From an uncultured Chloroflexia bacterium (GTDB lineage Bacteria > Chloroflexota > Dehalococcoidia > GIF9 > UBA5629): 64,000 nt of DNA. This document shows positions 1-9,727 of this stretch, in pieces. The number at the start of each line of letters is the position of its first letter. Within the stretch, counting starts at the first letter, position 1. The stretch spans positions 219,788 through 283,787 of the forward strand of contig CAWAQY010000001.1 of assembly GCA_963784375.1 (NCBI GenBank), given 5' to 3'. Below the pieces are notes generated by a model, which did not search any database, was not told the origin of the DNA, and was given only the letters and a program-made list of their open reading frames with translations. The translations under genes were made by a program, and so were the position numbers.

Positions 1-909
1 CTCCAATGAAGGGCAGAGGCATAGACAATATAAAAAGTGCCAGCATAGTAGAAAACAGTGCCCAGCCTATCTTGCGGTTTTTGGTCAGTCTCTCCGATCA
101 TGAAGGTTATTGCAGGTGGAACAAATAGTATGTAAGCCATTTCAAGGTAACAGGAAAGCCCGGTGGGATTTTCAAAAGGATGGGCTGAATGCGAGGCAGA
201 CCAGGCCATGCCGTCTTCGCCAACCATTTTAAATGTGGTAATGAAGCCTACCGGTCCTCCCGGTATAAGCTGTTCTTTCCCTTCCAGGGTATGAGCTACA
301 ACATACGGGTTAAAGTTCTGAATGATACCCTGGGAGATAAGCGGGAATACCAGTATCAGGACAACAGGTACCCAGATATAGAGAATTCCTCGGGTCATAT
401 CGACCCAGAAGTTGCCTATGGTCGGGGAGTGGCTGCGGCTGAAACAACGGGCCATGGTAACAATCGCCACCAGCCCCAATGTCGGGCTGATAATATCCTG
501 AACTATCGGCCCCAGCAATCTGTGCCATGTAGCTCAAATCACGTTCACCGACATAAGAAATCCAGTTGGAATTGGTAACATAAGAGACGGCCGTATTCAG
601 GGCTAAATCCCAGCTAAAAGGACCAGCTCCCTGGGGATTCAGGGGAAGTATGCCCTGTACTTCCAGAACCAGGAATACAAATGCAATTCCTACAACTGAA
701 AAGCCCAACAGCGTAAAGATATAGGTTTTCAAGGTCATCTCGCTGTTTACATCGATTCCGCATATCCGGTAAACAAAATTCTCAACGGGTTTCATCACCG
801 GCGTAAGCAGGTTGCGTTCACCGAGGAAGACCTTTGCCATGTACTTGCCAAATGGATATGACAGCCCAAGGGCTATTCCGATGAAAACTATGTACGCTAC
901 TATTTGCAT
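1..909 (-). CDS. kdpA: Potassium-transporting ATPase subunit A (KdpA), 5' part, cut by the window edge, two frame disruptions
   Basis: ORF 310..909 starts MQIVAYIVF and carries KdpA motifs (LPLNPQ, SWDLALNTAVSYVTNSNW.SY.GE..LSY). The homology continues in other frames (NFWVDMTRGILYIWVPVVLIL, SAHPFENPT, RLTKNRKIGWALF) after 1-nt shifts near 508-514 (GGCCCC run) and about 88-96. Confidence 0.85.
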
Positions 910-988
910 TTGTTTTTATCTCAGGGAAATTAGCTTGACGTGGTTCATGATCCAGTGTATTATTAACATTTGAGTAACTAAGTCGCAC

Positions 989-1017
989 ATATTAGGCGCT
1001 TTAAAATAGTTTGTCAA
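989..1017 (-). promoter_or_regulatory. Candidate sigma70-type promoter for kdpA
   Basis: On the minus strand: TTGACA (1017..1012), 17 nt, TAATAT (994..989), about 80 nt upstream of the kdpA ATG. This is a sequence match only. Confidence 0.4.
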
Positions 1018-1116
1018 GTCGTTAATCAACTCTAATTTTACTTCCAGCGAAAAAATTTCCTTCACCAGTAGACCTGGACAATTTCAAGGTATATAATTCG
1101 ATTCCAGAGATTACAA

Positions 1117-3090
1117 ATGGCAACTTATAAAGACCGCCCCAATCCCGACGAGCTCCTGGCGCGTATAGAAGCAGAAGAGAAACCTCGCACAAAAGGCAGG
1201 CTCAAAATATTTCTGGGCTATGCTGCCGGTGTCGGGAAAACCTACACCATGCTGGAAGCTGCCCGCCAGAGGATGGCAGAACCTGACATCGTAGTTGCCT
1301 ATGTAGAAACTCACGGCAGAGTTGAAACCGAAGCTTTGCTGCAAGGTCTGGAGATTATTCCGCGCAGAAAAGCGACCTATCGCGGTGTAACCCTGACCGA
1401 AATGGACATTGACGCTACGTTGAAACGACACCCCAGGCTGGCTCTGGTAGATGAACTTGCGCACACAAATATACCGAACTCGCGCCATCCCAAAAGGTAC
1501 CAGGACGTAGAGGAATTACTTGAAGCAGGCATCGACGTGTATACCACACTTAATGTCCAGCATGTGGAAGGACTGCAAAATATTGTGGCGCAGGTAACCA
1601 GCGTGTGGGTACGGGAGACTGTCCCGGACAATATTATTAATGCTGCAGATGAGATAGAGGTCGTTGACCTCCCTCCCGATGAATTACTGAGGCGTCTTAA
1701 AGAGGGAAAAGTCTATATCCCCGACCAGGCACGGCGTGCTACTGAGGATTTTTTCCGCAAAGGCAATCTTCTGGCTCTCCGGGAACTCACCATGCGTACC
1801 GCCGCCTTGCGTGTCAATGAGCAGATGCGCGACTACATGGAAAAACATTCAATCCCGGGACCATGGCTGACTACGGAGCGTCTTCTGGTATGTGTCAGCC
1901 CCAATGTTCTGGGTAATCAACTGGTACGAACTGCACGGCGGTTAGCTTCTCAACTGCGTGCCGAATGGTTTGTCGTCTTCGTTGAAATGCAGGGGCACGC
2001 CCAGCTCTCATTGGATCAGCAGGACCGGTTGACCAACATATTCCGACAGGCGGAAAGATTTGGCGCTAAAACCGTGACTATCCAGGGAAGTTCCATTGCT
2101 TCGGCAATCGCGGACTTTGCCAGAACCAATAGCATTACCAAGCTTGTTATAGGAAAACCTCAGAGAACCGGTTGGAGAAAGTTATTCAAAGGTTCGGTTT
2201 TGAATGAAATAATCCAGCAAAGTTCCAACTACGACATTTACATTGTAAACGCACAAGCGATTCAATTGGAACGAGCTCAACGACTGGGTAAAAAGGAACC
2301 TGGCTACTGGTTACATTACTTGGAGGGCCTGGCCCTGGTAGCCCTTGCCACCTTATTGGGGCAGCTTGCCCGGGATGTATTTTCCCCAATCAACGTACTG
2401 ATGATATATTTGCTATGTGTCGCAATAGCCTCTGTTTTCTGGGGTTTCGGCCCATCAATTCTCACCGCCATCCTTGCAGTCCTGGCATATGATTTCTTTT
2501 TAACGACTCCAGATTTATCTTTTGATCTCTCAGATCCGCAATACATATTTACCTTTATTATATTTCTCATGGTTGGCCTGATTGTCAGTTATCTCACTAC
2601 CAGAGTTCGCCTGCGTAACGAGGCTGCAAGACAGCGCGAACGACAGACAGCGGCCCTCTACGCCCTGGGCAAAGACCTGGCTGCCTTAAATGACCTGGAA
2701 TCTTATATACAAGCCATTGTGCAAAGGATAAAAGAGACCATCGCACGCGAAGCAGTAATTCTATTGCCTGAAAATCCAAAATCGGAAAAACTCAAACCGT
2801 ATCCGGAAAAGGCGAACTTTAACCTGGATGAGCATGAGTATGCAGCAGCACTATGGTCGTTCCAGCATCAAAAGATGGTAGGACACGGGACAGATACCCT
2901 CCCCAATGCTAAGGCAACGTATGTACCTCTCGTCACCGGTAGAGGCACAATAGGCATCATGGCTCTATGGTCTGCAGATTCCTTATCGGAAATAACTCTT
3001 GAGCAGGATCGTCTCCTGGAAGCCTACGCCGACCTGGCAGCAGCGGCTATTGAAGGTCTTTTATTATCAAAAAAATCTCAACAAGCCTAA
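1117..3090 (+). CDS. kdpD: KdpD-like sensor protein lacking the histidine-kinase transmitter (KdpD N-domain + Usp-like + membrane + GAF-like)
   Basis: 657-aa intact ORF divergent from kdpA. It has the P-loop GYAAGVGKTYTML, four hydrophobic helices at about aa 400-500, and a GAF-like C-terminus. It stops (..AIEGLLLSKKSQQA*) where E. coli KdpD would begin its H-box. Confidence 0.85.
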   Translation: MATYKDRPNPDELLARIEAEEKPRTKGRLKIFLGYAAGVGKTYTMLEAARQRMAEPDIVVAYVETHGRVETEALLQGLEIIPRRKATYRGVTLTEMDIDATLKRHPRLALVDELAHTNIPNSRHPKRYQDVEELLEAGIDVYTTLNVQHVEGLQNIVAQVTSVWVRETVPDNIINAADEIEVVDLPPDELLRRLKEGKVYIPDQARRATEDFFRKGNLLALRELTMRTAALRVNEQMRDYMEKHSIPGPWLTTERLLVCVSPNVLGNQLVRTARRLASQLRAEWFVVFVEMQGHAQLSLDQQDRLTNIFRQAERFGAKTVTIQGSSIASAIADFARTNSITKLVIGKPQRTGWRKLFKGSVLNEIIQQSSNYDIYIVNAQAIQLERAQRLGKKEPGYWLHYLEGLALVALATLLGQLARDVFSPINVLMIYLLCVAIASVFWGFGPSILTAILAVLAYDFFLTTPDLSFDLSDPQYIFTFIIFLMVGLIVSYLTTRVRLRNEAARQRERQTAALYALGKDLAALNDLESYIQAIVQRIKETIAREAVILLPENPKSEKLKPYPEKANFNLDEHEYAAALWSFQHQKMVGHGTDTLPNAKATYVPLVTGRGTIGIMALWSADSLSEITLEQDRLLEAYADLAAAAIEGLLLSKKSQQA

Positions 3091-3681
3091 GGCATAAATA
3101 TCTCTGATTATAAATACCCCCCGCTTTCTTCATTGACCGCCCATAAAAATAGTAATTCCCCTCTACAATAATTACGATTGTAGCACCCGATCACCGGCAA
3201 ATAGGAGGAAACGAAATTGCAAAGCTACAAAATATGGATTGATGGGCAGCGTATAAAACCGTATTTAAGGCGGTTTTTTCTTTTTGCTCCTGATAAATGC
3301 AATCAAGGCGGCAAGAGCAAAATAAAATAAAGCGCATATGAAAAGAAAGGGGGACGTGGGTATGGAAGAGATGGTGGGCAAGGCATTGGTAACGGCAAAT
3401 ACCGTACCTAAAATTAAGCAAACAGCAGCGGAAAAGGAAAAAAGGAAACTGAAAAAATTGCCCAGAACTATGCTCTTGAGAAATTTCGTACTACATATCC
3501 TTTATAGTTTCATTGTTTCCTAGTGTAGTAATGGAAACAATCAATGTCAAGGTGGCCCCTGTTTCCCGCCGCTCCCGGCGATTTTCCTGAATGCCCGGGA
3601 GAACATGAACTGTTATACCTTGATAGTTCCGGTCAGTATTGAGTAAGATTTGACCACCATCGCTGCCCAGGAGCTGAAAAG

Positions 3682-4515
3682 ATGAAACACAAAGAGGGAA
3701 CCTTCAAGGGGCAAAAAGATGTCAATCTGTATTATCAATGTTGGCTTCCTGACGAAAACCCCAGGGCAATACTAGTATTAGTTCACGGTTTGGCTGAACA
3801 CAGTGGACGATATAAAAACCTGGTTAATTATTTTGTGCCCAGAGGTTTTGCCATGTATTCCTTTGACCACAGGGGGCATGGCAAATCGGAAGGATTGCGC
3901 TCCTATGTCGACCGATTTTCCCAGTATAGCGCTGATCTTAAGACCTTTATTGAAATAGTTCGCCAGGGATATCCTCACGCCAAAATTTTTGTCATCGGCC
4001 ATAGCCTGGGAGCAACGATTGCCGTTTCCTATGCTATTGAGCATCAACAAGAGCTGGACGGCATGATTTTATCCGGAGCGACACTTATCGCAAGCTCGAC
4101 TGTCTCGCCATTAATACTCGCTGCAGCCGGAGTACTCTCGACTCTGATACCCAGGTTGGGCGTCGCTACCATCGATGCGTCTACGATCAACAGGAATCAG
4201 GCATTTGTTGATGCCTATATAAACGACGCACTTGTATACCATGGCAAGATACCCGCCCGGACGGGTGCTGAGTTAGCCCGTATGTGGAAGACATTGCCCG
4301 GTCAATTGGCAAAGTTAACATTGCCTATGCTCATTATGCATGGCTCTGCAGACCGGTTGGCAAATCCTCGGGGAAGCACTTTGCTTCATGAACAGGCACG
4401 TTCGAAAGATAAGACGCTCACTGTCTATGAAGGTTTTTACCATGAGATCTTCAACGAGTCGGATTGTGAGCAGGTCATGGCCGATATGGAGGCCTGGCTG
4501 ATCAAACACGTGTAG
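3682..4515 (+). CDS. Alpha/beta hydrolase, lysophospholipase / monoacylglycerol lipase-like
   Basis: 277 aa with HGLAEHSGRY, the nucleophile elbow GHSLGA, and a C-terminal ..GFYHEIFNE motif typical of this family. Confidence 0.8.
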   Translation: MKHKEGTFKGQKDVNLYYQCWLPDENPRAILVLVHGLAEHSGRYKNLVNYFVPRGFAMYSFDHRGHGKSEGLRSYVDRFSQYSADLKTFIEIVRQGYPHAKIFVIGHSLGATIAVSYAIEHQQELDGMILSGATLIASSTVSPLILAAAGVLSTLIPRLGVATIDASTINRNQAFVDAYINDALVYHGKIPARTGAELARMWKTLPGQLAKLTLPMLIMHGSADRLANPRGSTLLHEQARSKDKTLTVYEGFYHEIFNESDCEQVMADMEAWLIKHV

Positions 4516-4637
4516 TTTCCCTAAGGTTAGCTATTTCTTACTTTAAAAAGAACAAATCACCAGGTAAAGATGGGCAATAATTGCATAACTGACCCAGCTA
4601 AAATCTGGAAAATTCGATGGTTCACTGCCTCTCATAT

Positions 4638-6065
4638 TTAAAAAAGTGATTTCCATTTCTTCTTAATTTCTTCCTGATATTTAGGGCTAAAGCCATGTGT
4701 TATGGGAAACTTATCACGATGCTCGTAGGGCCAGCAGGCATCAATGATTACCCTGTTACTGACCAGTCCGGGTTTGTCTCCAGGGCCTTTGATCCATTTA
4801 GAAGTTCCAGCCTTTGTTTGTATCCCGCTTATAATTTGAACATCGTCCATATTTGCTCTACTGGCTATTGCCCATATCACGTCCTTCTCATTTGTTATGT
4901 CGATGTCATCATCGACAACTATCACAAATAATCCACCCACGGTGTTGGCCCGACATGATGCGGCGGCCAGTGCCGCCTGTTTGGCATGTCCGGAATAGCT
5001 CTGCTTGATGGAGATTACCAAAAACACCGGCCACACTAATCCTAGACCGAACCAGACTCCTTTTACGTTGGGAATACCGGCATATTCCAGAACATTCCAG
5101 ATTTCCGCTGCCATCACCGGGATTGCGAAGGGGAAGGGGATATGCGCTTTCCATGGTGGAACGCCGAGTATTATAGGATCATTTCTATACAAAATAGATT
5201 TCACTTCCATAACCGGATGGAGAGACGAATTATAGGACCTGCGCCATTCGCCGAAGGGGCCGTCTTCTCTCCTTTCGATTTTACCCGGGGGAGGTATCTC
5301 ACCTTCAATCACAATCTCGGCAGTCGCCGGTAGAGGCAAGTCTGTTTCTTTACCCCTGATAATCTCAATCGGCTCACCCTTTATCCAGCCGGCAAATTCA
5401 TATTCGCTCTCACCCGTCCCGGTGATCGGGCTACAGGCCGCAAGAAACAGAACAGGATCCATACCGCATACAATAGCCATAGGAACGCTCTTACCCTTGT
5501 TGTGGTATTTCTCCATCATCATCGTTCCATGCTTACCTGGATTTACGCCGACACCTATCAAATTCTTATCAAATATCCTGCATCGGTACGTTCCTACGTT
5601 AATCCAGCCTTCATCGGGATCCCTGGTGACGACCGCACAACCCGTGCCTAAAAATCTTCCCCCGTCAAGCTCGTGCCAAATTGGTGTCGGGAACTTAAAA
5701 AGATCGATATCTTTCCCGGTTAAAATATTTTGCATAACAGGTCCGTTCTTAACCTCGACGGGCGGAACCCGTTTAATTTCTTTCAGTCGCTTCCGCCATG
5801 CATCCACCATCTCTACACTTGATAGCTCTCGCGGAACACCCAGAACTGACCCGGTACGCGGGTAACTCTGAAAAGCATTACTCAGTACCCTGTACCCCTC
5901 AGGATAACCCTGGATTTTGTCGAATAAGAGGGCTGGGCCATTGCGTTCTGCCATTAATTCACTGATGGCGCCTATTTCCCGGTCCCAGTGTGCTCCGGTA
6001 ATGTGTTTGAGTTCTCCCATTTTATCTACTTCCGCTAACCAGCCTCTCAAATCTTTGTAACCCAT
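4638..6065 (-). CDS. UbiD-family (prenyl-FMN dependent) decarboxylase
   Basis: 475-aa intact ORF with the N-terminus MGYKDLRGWLAEVDKMGELKHITGAHWDREIGAISEL and overall UbiD-like layout. No ubiX is present in the window. Confidence 0.85.
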   Translation of the reverse strand: MGYKDLRGWLAEVDKMGELKHITGAHWDREIGAISELMAERNGPALLFDKIQGYPEGYRVLSNAFQSYPRTGSVLGVPRELSSVEMVDAWRKRLKEIKRVPPVEVKNGPVMQNILTGKDIDLFKFPTPIWHELDGGRFLGTGCAVVTRDPDEGWINVGTYRCRIFDKNLIGVGVNPGKHGTMMMEKYHNKGKSVPMAIVCGMDPVLFLAACSPITGTGESEYEFAGWIKGEPIEIIRGKETDLPLPATAEIVIEGEIPPPGKIERREDGPFGEWRRSYNSSLHPVMEVKSILYRNDPIILGVPPWKAHIPFPFAIPVMAAEIWNVLEYAGIPNVKGVWFGLGLVWPVFLVISIKQSYSGHAKQAALAAASCRANTVGGLFVIVVDDDIDITNEKDVIWAIASRANMDDVQIISGIQTKAGTSKWIKGPGDKPGLVSNRVIIDACWPYEHRDKFPITHGFSPKYQEEIKKKWKSLF

Positions 6066-6168
6066 AAGTATCCTCCTAAAAAAATAGTAGCTTGTGATAC
6101 GGCCCGGTTGATATTACAGTACATGAATCTGCACGAATAAATGCGTCTATATCAACAAGAAAACAGGC

Positions 6169-6203
6169 AAAGGGCTTCGGCATGGTTTCTACCGAAGCCC
6201 TTT
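6169..6203 (-). terminator. Rho-independent terminator after the TRAP binding-protein gene
   Basis: 12-bp perfect stem AAAGGGCTTCGG/CCGAAGCCCTTT with an 11-nt loop, followed on the minus strand by GCCTGTTTTCTTG. It lies 23 nt after the stop codon. Confidence 0.55.
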
Positions 6204-6225
6204 CTTAATTTATCTACAATCTCAC

Positions 6226-7331
6226 TTATTTTATGTATTTTGCTCTAATCTGTTTCCAGGCTGCCAGTACTTTATCGCAAACCGCCTGATCAATACCCAC
6301 AGCTTTGGCATCTTTTATCCAGGAAGCTATAGCCGGCGTTGCGGCATCTTCCCAAGCCTTTCTTTCGGCCGGTGTCGGATCTGTTATCTTATACCCGGCA
6401 TCTGTGACCATTTTCTTGCCCTTGACAATATTATCCGCAGAGCCCTGGGCGGATATTACAACCGAATCCTTAAACGTATCCATTAATATCTTCTGGTCTG
6501 CCGGCGTCATTGAAGCCCAGGCGTCTTTGTTCATTACTATATTATGTTGTCCGCAGCCAAAGTCCATTGTATAGAAATAGCTGCAAAGCTCGGTCAGTTT
6601 GTAATCAAACACCTGGGCAAATGTCAGAAAGCCTGCCTCGACCACTCCTTTATCCATCATGGTATAAGAATCGGGAGGAATCATCTGGACTTTGGCGCCA
6701 CCGTTCTCAGTTACAATATCCATCTTGGCACCGCTGCCTCCGACTTTCATACCCTGGAAATCTTTAGCGGAATGAATCTCCTTTTTCCTGGACATCAGGT
6801 TATAAGGATCCAGTATCAAAAAATGTAGCGGAACAAAACCCGCTGTATTTTCAGCTTTAATCTCGGGCACAGTGTTGAACAACTCCCAGGACGCCGCTGA
6901 AGCATCCTGAACCTCTTTTTCACTATTCATAGGAAAACCAAGTGTTGGAATTCCCATGACCAGGGTAAGAGCGAAATCCTTGGGAAATGTGCTATGGGAA
7001 GTCATGACAATTTCAGCCACACCTTTTTTCACCGAGTCCAGGGCTGCAGGAATCGGTATCAATTGTGCCCCCGGATAAGTTTCTATCTTGTAGCGCCCCT
7101 GGGTGCGCTTTTCAAACTCAGGTCCGAACCAATCATACCCTCTTCCCACTGAAGCAGCTTTAGGCATGGTATAACTGAATTTAAGTGTCTTGGCTGCGAC
7201 CGGTGCGGGGGAGTGGTTGCCCCGGGTGCTGAAGGTTTTGGAGCTGGAGCTGGTTGGGAACAAGCAGGAAGTACCAGAGCAACTGCTAATATAAGACTGA
7301 TTACTAAAACAACCCAAACTTTACGATTCAT
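6226..7331 (-). CDS. TRAP-type (DctP family) solute-binding lipoprotein, one frame disruption
   Basis: Signal peptide with lipobox MNRKVWVVLVISLILAVALVLPAC (ORF 7083..7331) joins the DctP-like body (ORF 6226..7317) across a shift in the G5/C5 run at 7207-7211. No DctQ/DctM genes are adjacent. Confidence 0.8.
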
Positions 7332-7434
7332 TTTACCTCCACATCATTTGTTTAAATAAAACGGTGCGATACAAAATTTACTTCGTTTGCCCAATTCACC
7401 TCCTCAGCAACAAGTCTATCGCCAACCAAACACC

Positions 7435-7462
7435 ATTATAGCCTGCTCAACCCGTTTGTCAA
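7435..7462 (-). promoter_or_regulatory. Candidate consensus sigma70-type promoter for the TRAP binding-protein gene
   Basis: On the minus strand: TTGACA (7462..7457), 16 nt, TATAAT (7440..7435), about 100 nt upstream of the ATG at 7331. Confidence 0.45.
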
Positions 7463-7516
7463 TACCTTCCCGGATTCCTTTCTGATAAAAGTGTCGTATA
7501 TAGAACAGGCGCTGAT

Positions 7517-8260
7517 TCACGAGGGGGTGTCCTTAGTAACAGGGGTATTCTTGTGATACTGAGAACGTATCTTGCTTATGCGTTTCTCTTCCCATGCCGG
7601 ATCCCAACCTAAACCCAGGTCTTCGTCGATAAGGATAACGGTGAAGTCGGCATGCCCGGGTTTCTTCTCCAGAATCACTGTAATGTTACAAATCCTGTTT
7701 GGACTGTTGCAATCAGAACACTCGCCCGTTTTGGCACACGGGGTAGGTATTTTCTTCCTTCGGGCATGCGCAGGTGCAATAACATCCTTAATGCGGGAAA
7801 TAGCCTCATCCACATTCCTTACAATCTTATTTCTTCCTATGGTTACAATAATCCTGGGCGCACCGTGGATCATACCTGCAACCCGGTTCCCGGCATAATC
7901 AATGCTTACTAACTTGCCATCCAGAGTCAGGGCATTGCTCCCGGTTAGGAAAACGTCGCAGTGCATCGCCTTCCGGCAAGTTTCAACAAATACTGTATGT
8001 ACGGCCTCATCTGTCCGGTGGCGCTCGAGGAATTTCTTGATGAAAGGATTAATAATGGTGTTTACCCGTTGTGCCAATTCCTTCAATATGCCTGTTTGCC
8101 GCAGAGTTACAGAGTCACCAACACCAACACTTGCGGTTAACGGTATTATCTCCAGCATTACTTTTCTGGCATCTTCCTTTGTCCGAGCATAGAGAGCATC
8201 GAACCGATTCTTCCTTAATGACTGCAAAGTTATTTCAATGTCCCGGGGTATCTGTTGCAT
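7517..8260 (-). CDS. LUD-domain (LutC/YkgG-like, DUF162) protein with C-terminal Cys cluster
   Basis: LUD-like core (..LTGSNALTLDGKLVSIDYAGNRV..IIVTIGRNKIV..) plus CAKTGECSDCNSPNRIC. I chose the start at 8260 (MQQIPRD) because GGAGG lies 7 nt upstream. Confidence 0.7.
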   Translation of the reverse strand: MQQIPRDIEITLQSLRKNRFDALYARTKEDARKVMLEIIPLTASVGVGDSVTLRQTGILKELAQRVNTIINPFIKKFLERHRTDEAVHTVFVETCRKAMHCDVFLTGSNALTLDGKLVSIDYAGNRVAGMIHGAPRIIVTIGRNKIVRNVDEAISRIKDVIAPAHARRKKIPTPCAKTGECSDCNSPNRICNITVILEKKPGHADFTVILIDEDLGLGWDPAWEEKRISKIRSQYHKNTPVTKDTPS

Positions 8261-8371
8261 TTGAGAACCTCCAGAAAACAATTGTGGACTTACAACACTT
8301 ACTCTCCGTTGATAACGTCGGATTATTATAAAGGCTTTAGTTCAAACCTCTTTTTATGAGTAGAATCATCT

Positions 8372-9562
8372 TTAAACCACGTATATCTTTTGGGGAATTC
8401 TGCTCAAACATTCGGCCTGGCCGGTTTCAGAAACAATATAATTTTCGCAAACCTGAGCATAAGCTTTCGCAGACATTACCGCCGGATGAACCGCGATATT
8501 CATATTCGCCTGTAGTTTTACGGTTTCGCCACGGTCTATTGAAGGCCTTTCAATGCTATTGTATCCCTGACCATGTGCAAACACGCGGGTTTCTTCCATG
8601 TAACCCGCGTTCCTTAATAGCTCGTTATGGGTGTCCCAGATTACAGAGGGGTTTGCCCCGGGCTTGAGAAGGTTCAGGATAACTTTTTGAGCCTTCTGAG
8701 CAAGCTCAAACTGCTCCTGAAGTTCGGAGGGGATTTTACCAAGACAAACAGAGCGAAACAATTCACCAAAGAGACCGCTGATCCCATTTGCCTCAATAAG
8801 GAAGGCAAATTGGTCTCCTTTTTCAATAGTCCTGTTGGTATACAATGAAAGCAGATGCTTGGCGGGGCTGCCAGGGGGTGCCGAAGAGAGCATTACATTT
8901 GCCTGGCTGCTCCCCAGCTCAAAACATTTCTGCATTACCTCGGCATGAATTTCATAGTCCCTTCGACCCGGCCAGATGCGGGTCAATGCGTATTCAAACA
9001 CTGAGTCCTGTAAAGCGCAAGTCTCTCGTGTGGCTTTAATTTCCTGATCACTTTTAATCATCATGAGGTTATCTACCAGATCGGTGGCATCTTCGAACCG
9101 AGCGGCGCTTAAGTTCCTGATAATATGCTGATGGAACGTGGCAGAGAAAAACCTTACCCCGACCAAACCTATTCGGCACTGTCGATGGGGCGCTAGTTCC
9201 TCGACTACTTTCTCTGCGTCATAAATGTTTGTGTATGCAAATGTGGGAACAATCGGTAAGCTGATTCGTTTTTTCACTCCGCGTACAGTCCAGAGAGGAG
9301 GGTTTGGGGGTGCAGGAGAAGTAGGTCCGTGGCATACCGTAGTAATCTCACCGTCACGAGAAAAGAGAATAGTCACCGGATATATTATCGACGGTGAGTC
9401 GGTAAACCACTTTGCATACCCGCCCAGAAAATCGGAGCAGCTCTGGCAGATTAAGAAGTCCAATTTGCGCTCTTCCATTGCCCGGCGAACCGCATTCCAC
9501 CTTCGTTCAAACTCGGAATCGGGCAATGTATTCCGTAACCTGGTTTCCCTTTCATCTGCCAT
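8372..9562 (-). CDS. M24-fold (creatinase/prolidase-like) protein, apparently non-canonical metal-ligand set
   Basis: 396 aa with a creatinase-like N-domain and pita-bread C-domain. By-eye alignment puts LIEANG, GLFGE, AHGQG, IAVHPA and CENYIVSETG where M24 peptidases carry the D, D, H, E, E ligands. Confidence 0.7.
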   Translation of the reverse strand: MADERETRLRNTLPDSEFERRWNAVRRAMEERKLDFLICQSCSDFLGGYAKWFTDSPSIIYPVTILFSRDGEITTVCHGPTSPAPPNPPLWTVRGVKKRISLPIVPTFAYTNIYDAEKVVEELAPHRQCRIGLVGVRFFSATFHQHIIRNLSAARFEDATDLVDNLMMIKSDQEIKATRETCALQDSVFEYALTRIWPGRRDYEIHAEVMQKCFELGSSQANVMLSSAPPGSPAKHLLSLYTNRTIEKGDQFAFLIEANGISGLFGELFRSVCLGKIPSELQEQFELAQKAQKVILNLLKPGANPSVIWDTHNELLRNAGYMEETRVFAHGQGYNSIERPSIDRGETVKLQANMNIAVHPAVMSAKAYAQVCENYIVSETGQAECLSRIPQKIYVV

Positions 9563-9727
9563 GCTGATATTCCTCCGGTTTCATCAATAACGAAATAATA
9601 ATGGAATGGCATCGAACAATACAACTACCGGCTGGTTCGTGATATGATATGAGCACAACCGCTCTTAAAACAGCCATATTCAGGGCTTTGTTGACAACAG
9701 CCTGAAATGCATTTTAAGGAGACGAAC

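Noticed and set aside
189-578. 129-aa plus-strand ORF at the window start, and 1111..1488 on the minus strand
   Set aside because: They are antisense to kdpA and kdpD respectively, both of which have clear family motifs.
910-1116. A c-di-AMP (ydaO/kimA-type) or other riboswitch upstream of kdpA, and likewise upstream of usp-trkA (21640-21972)
   Set aside because: The predicted leaders are only about 80 and 55 nt and show none of the conserved riboswitch segments I can recall. The structured repeats near usp lie upstream of the promoter. A covariance-model scan would be needed to exclude it fully.
3265-3501. Minus-strand frame encoding a two-helix hydrophobic peptide ending in ..IAFIRSKKKKPP*, followed by a small hairpin; also the 61-aa plus ORF 3338..3523 and the 76-aa minus ORF 3191..3421
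   Set aside because: The hydrophobic frame has no ATG/GTG start; only an internal TTG would give 38 aa. The two ORF-track entries have non-protein-like composition. It might become a real small membrane protein after indel correction, but it is not supportable now.
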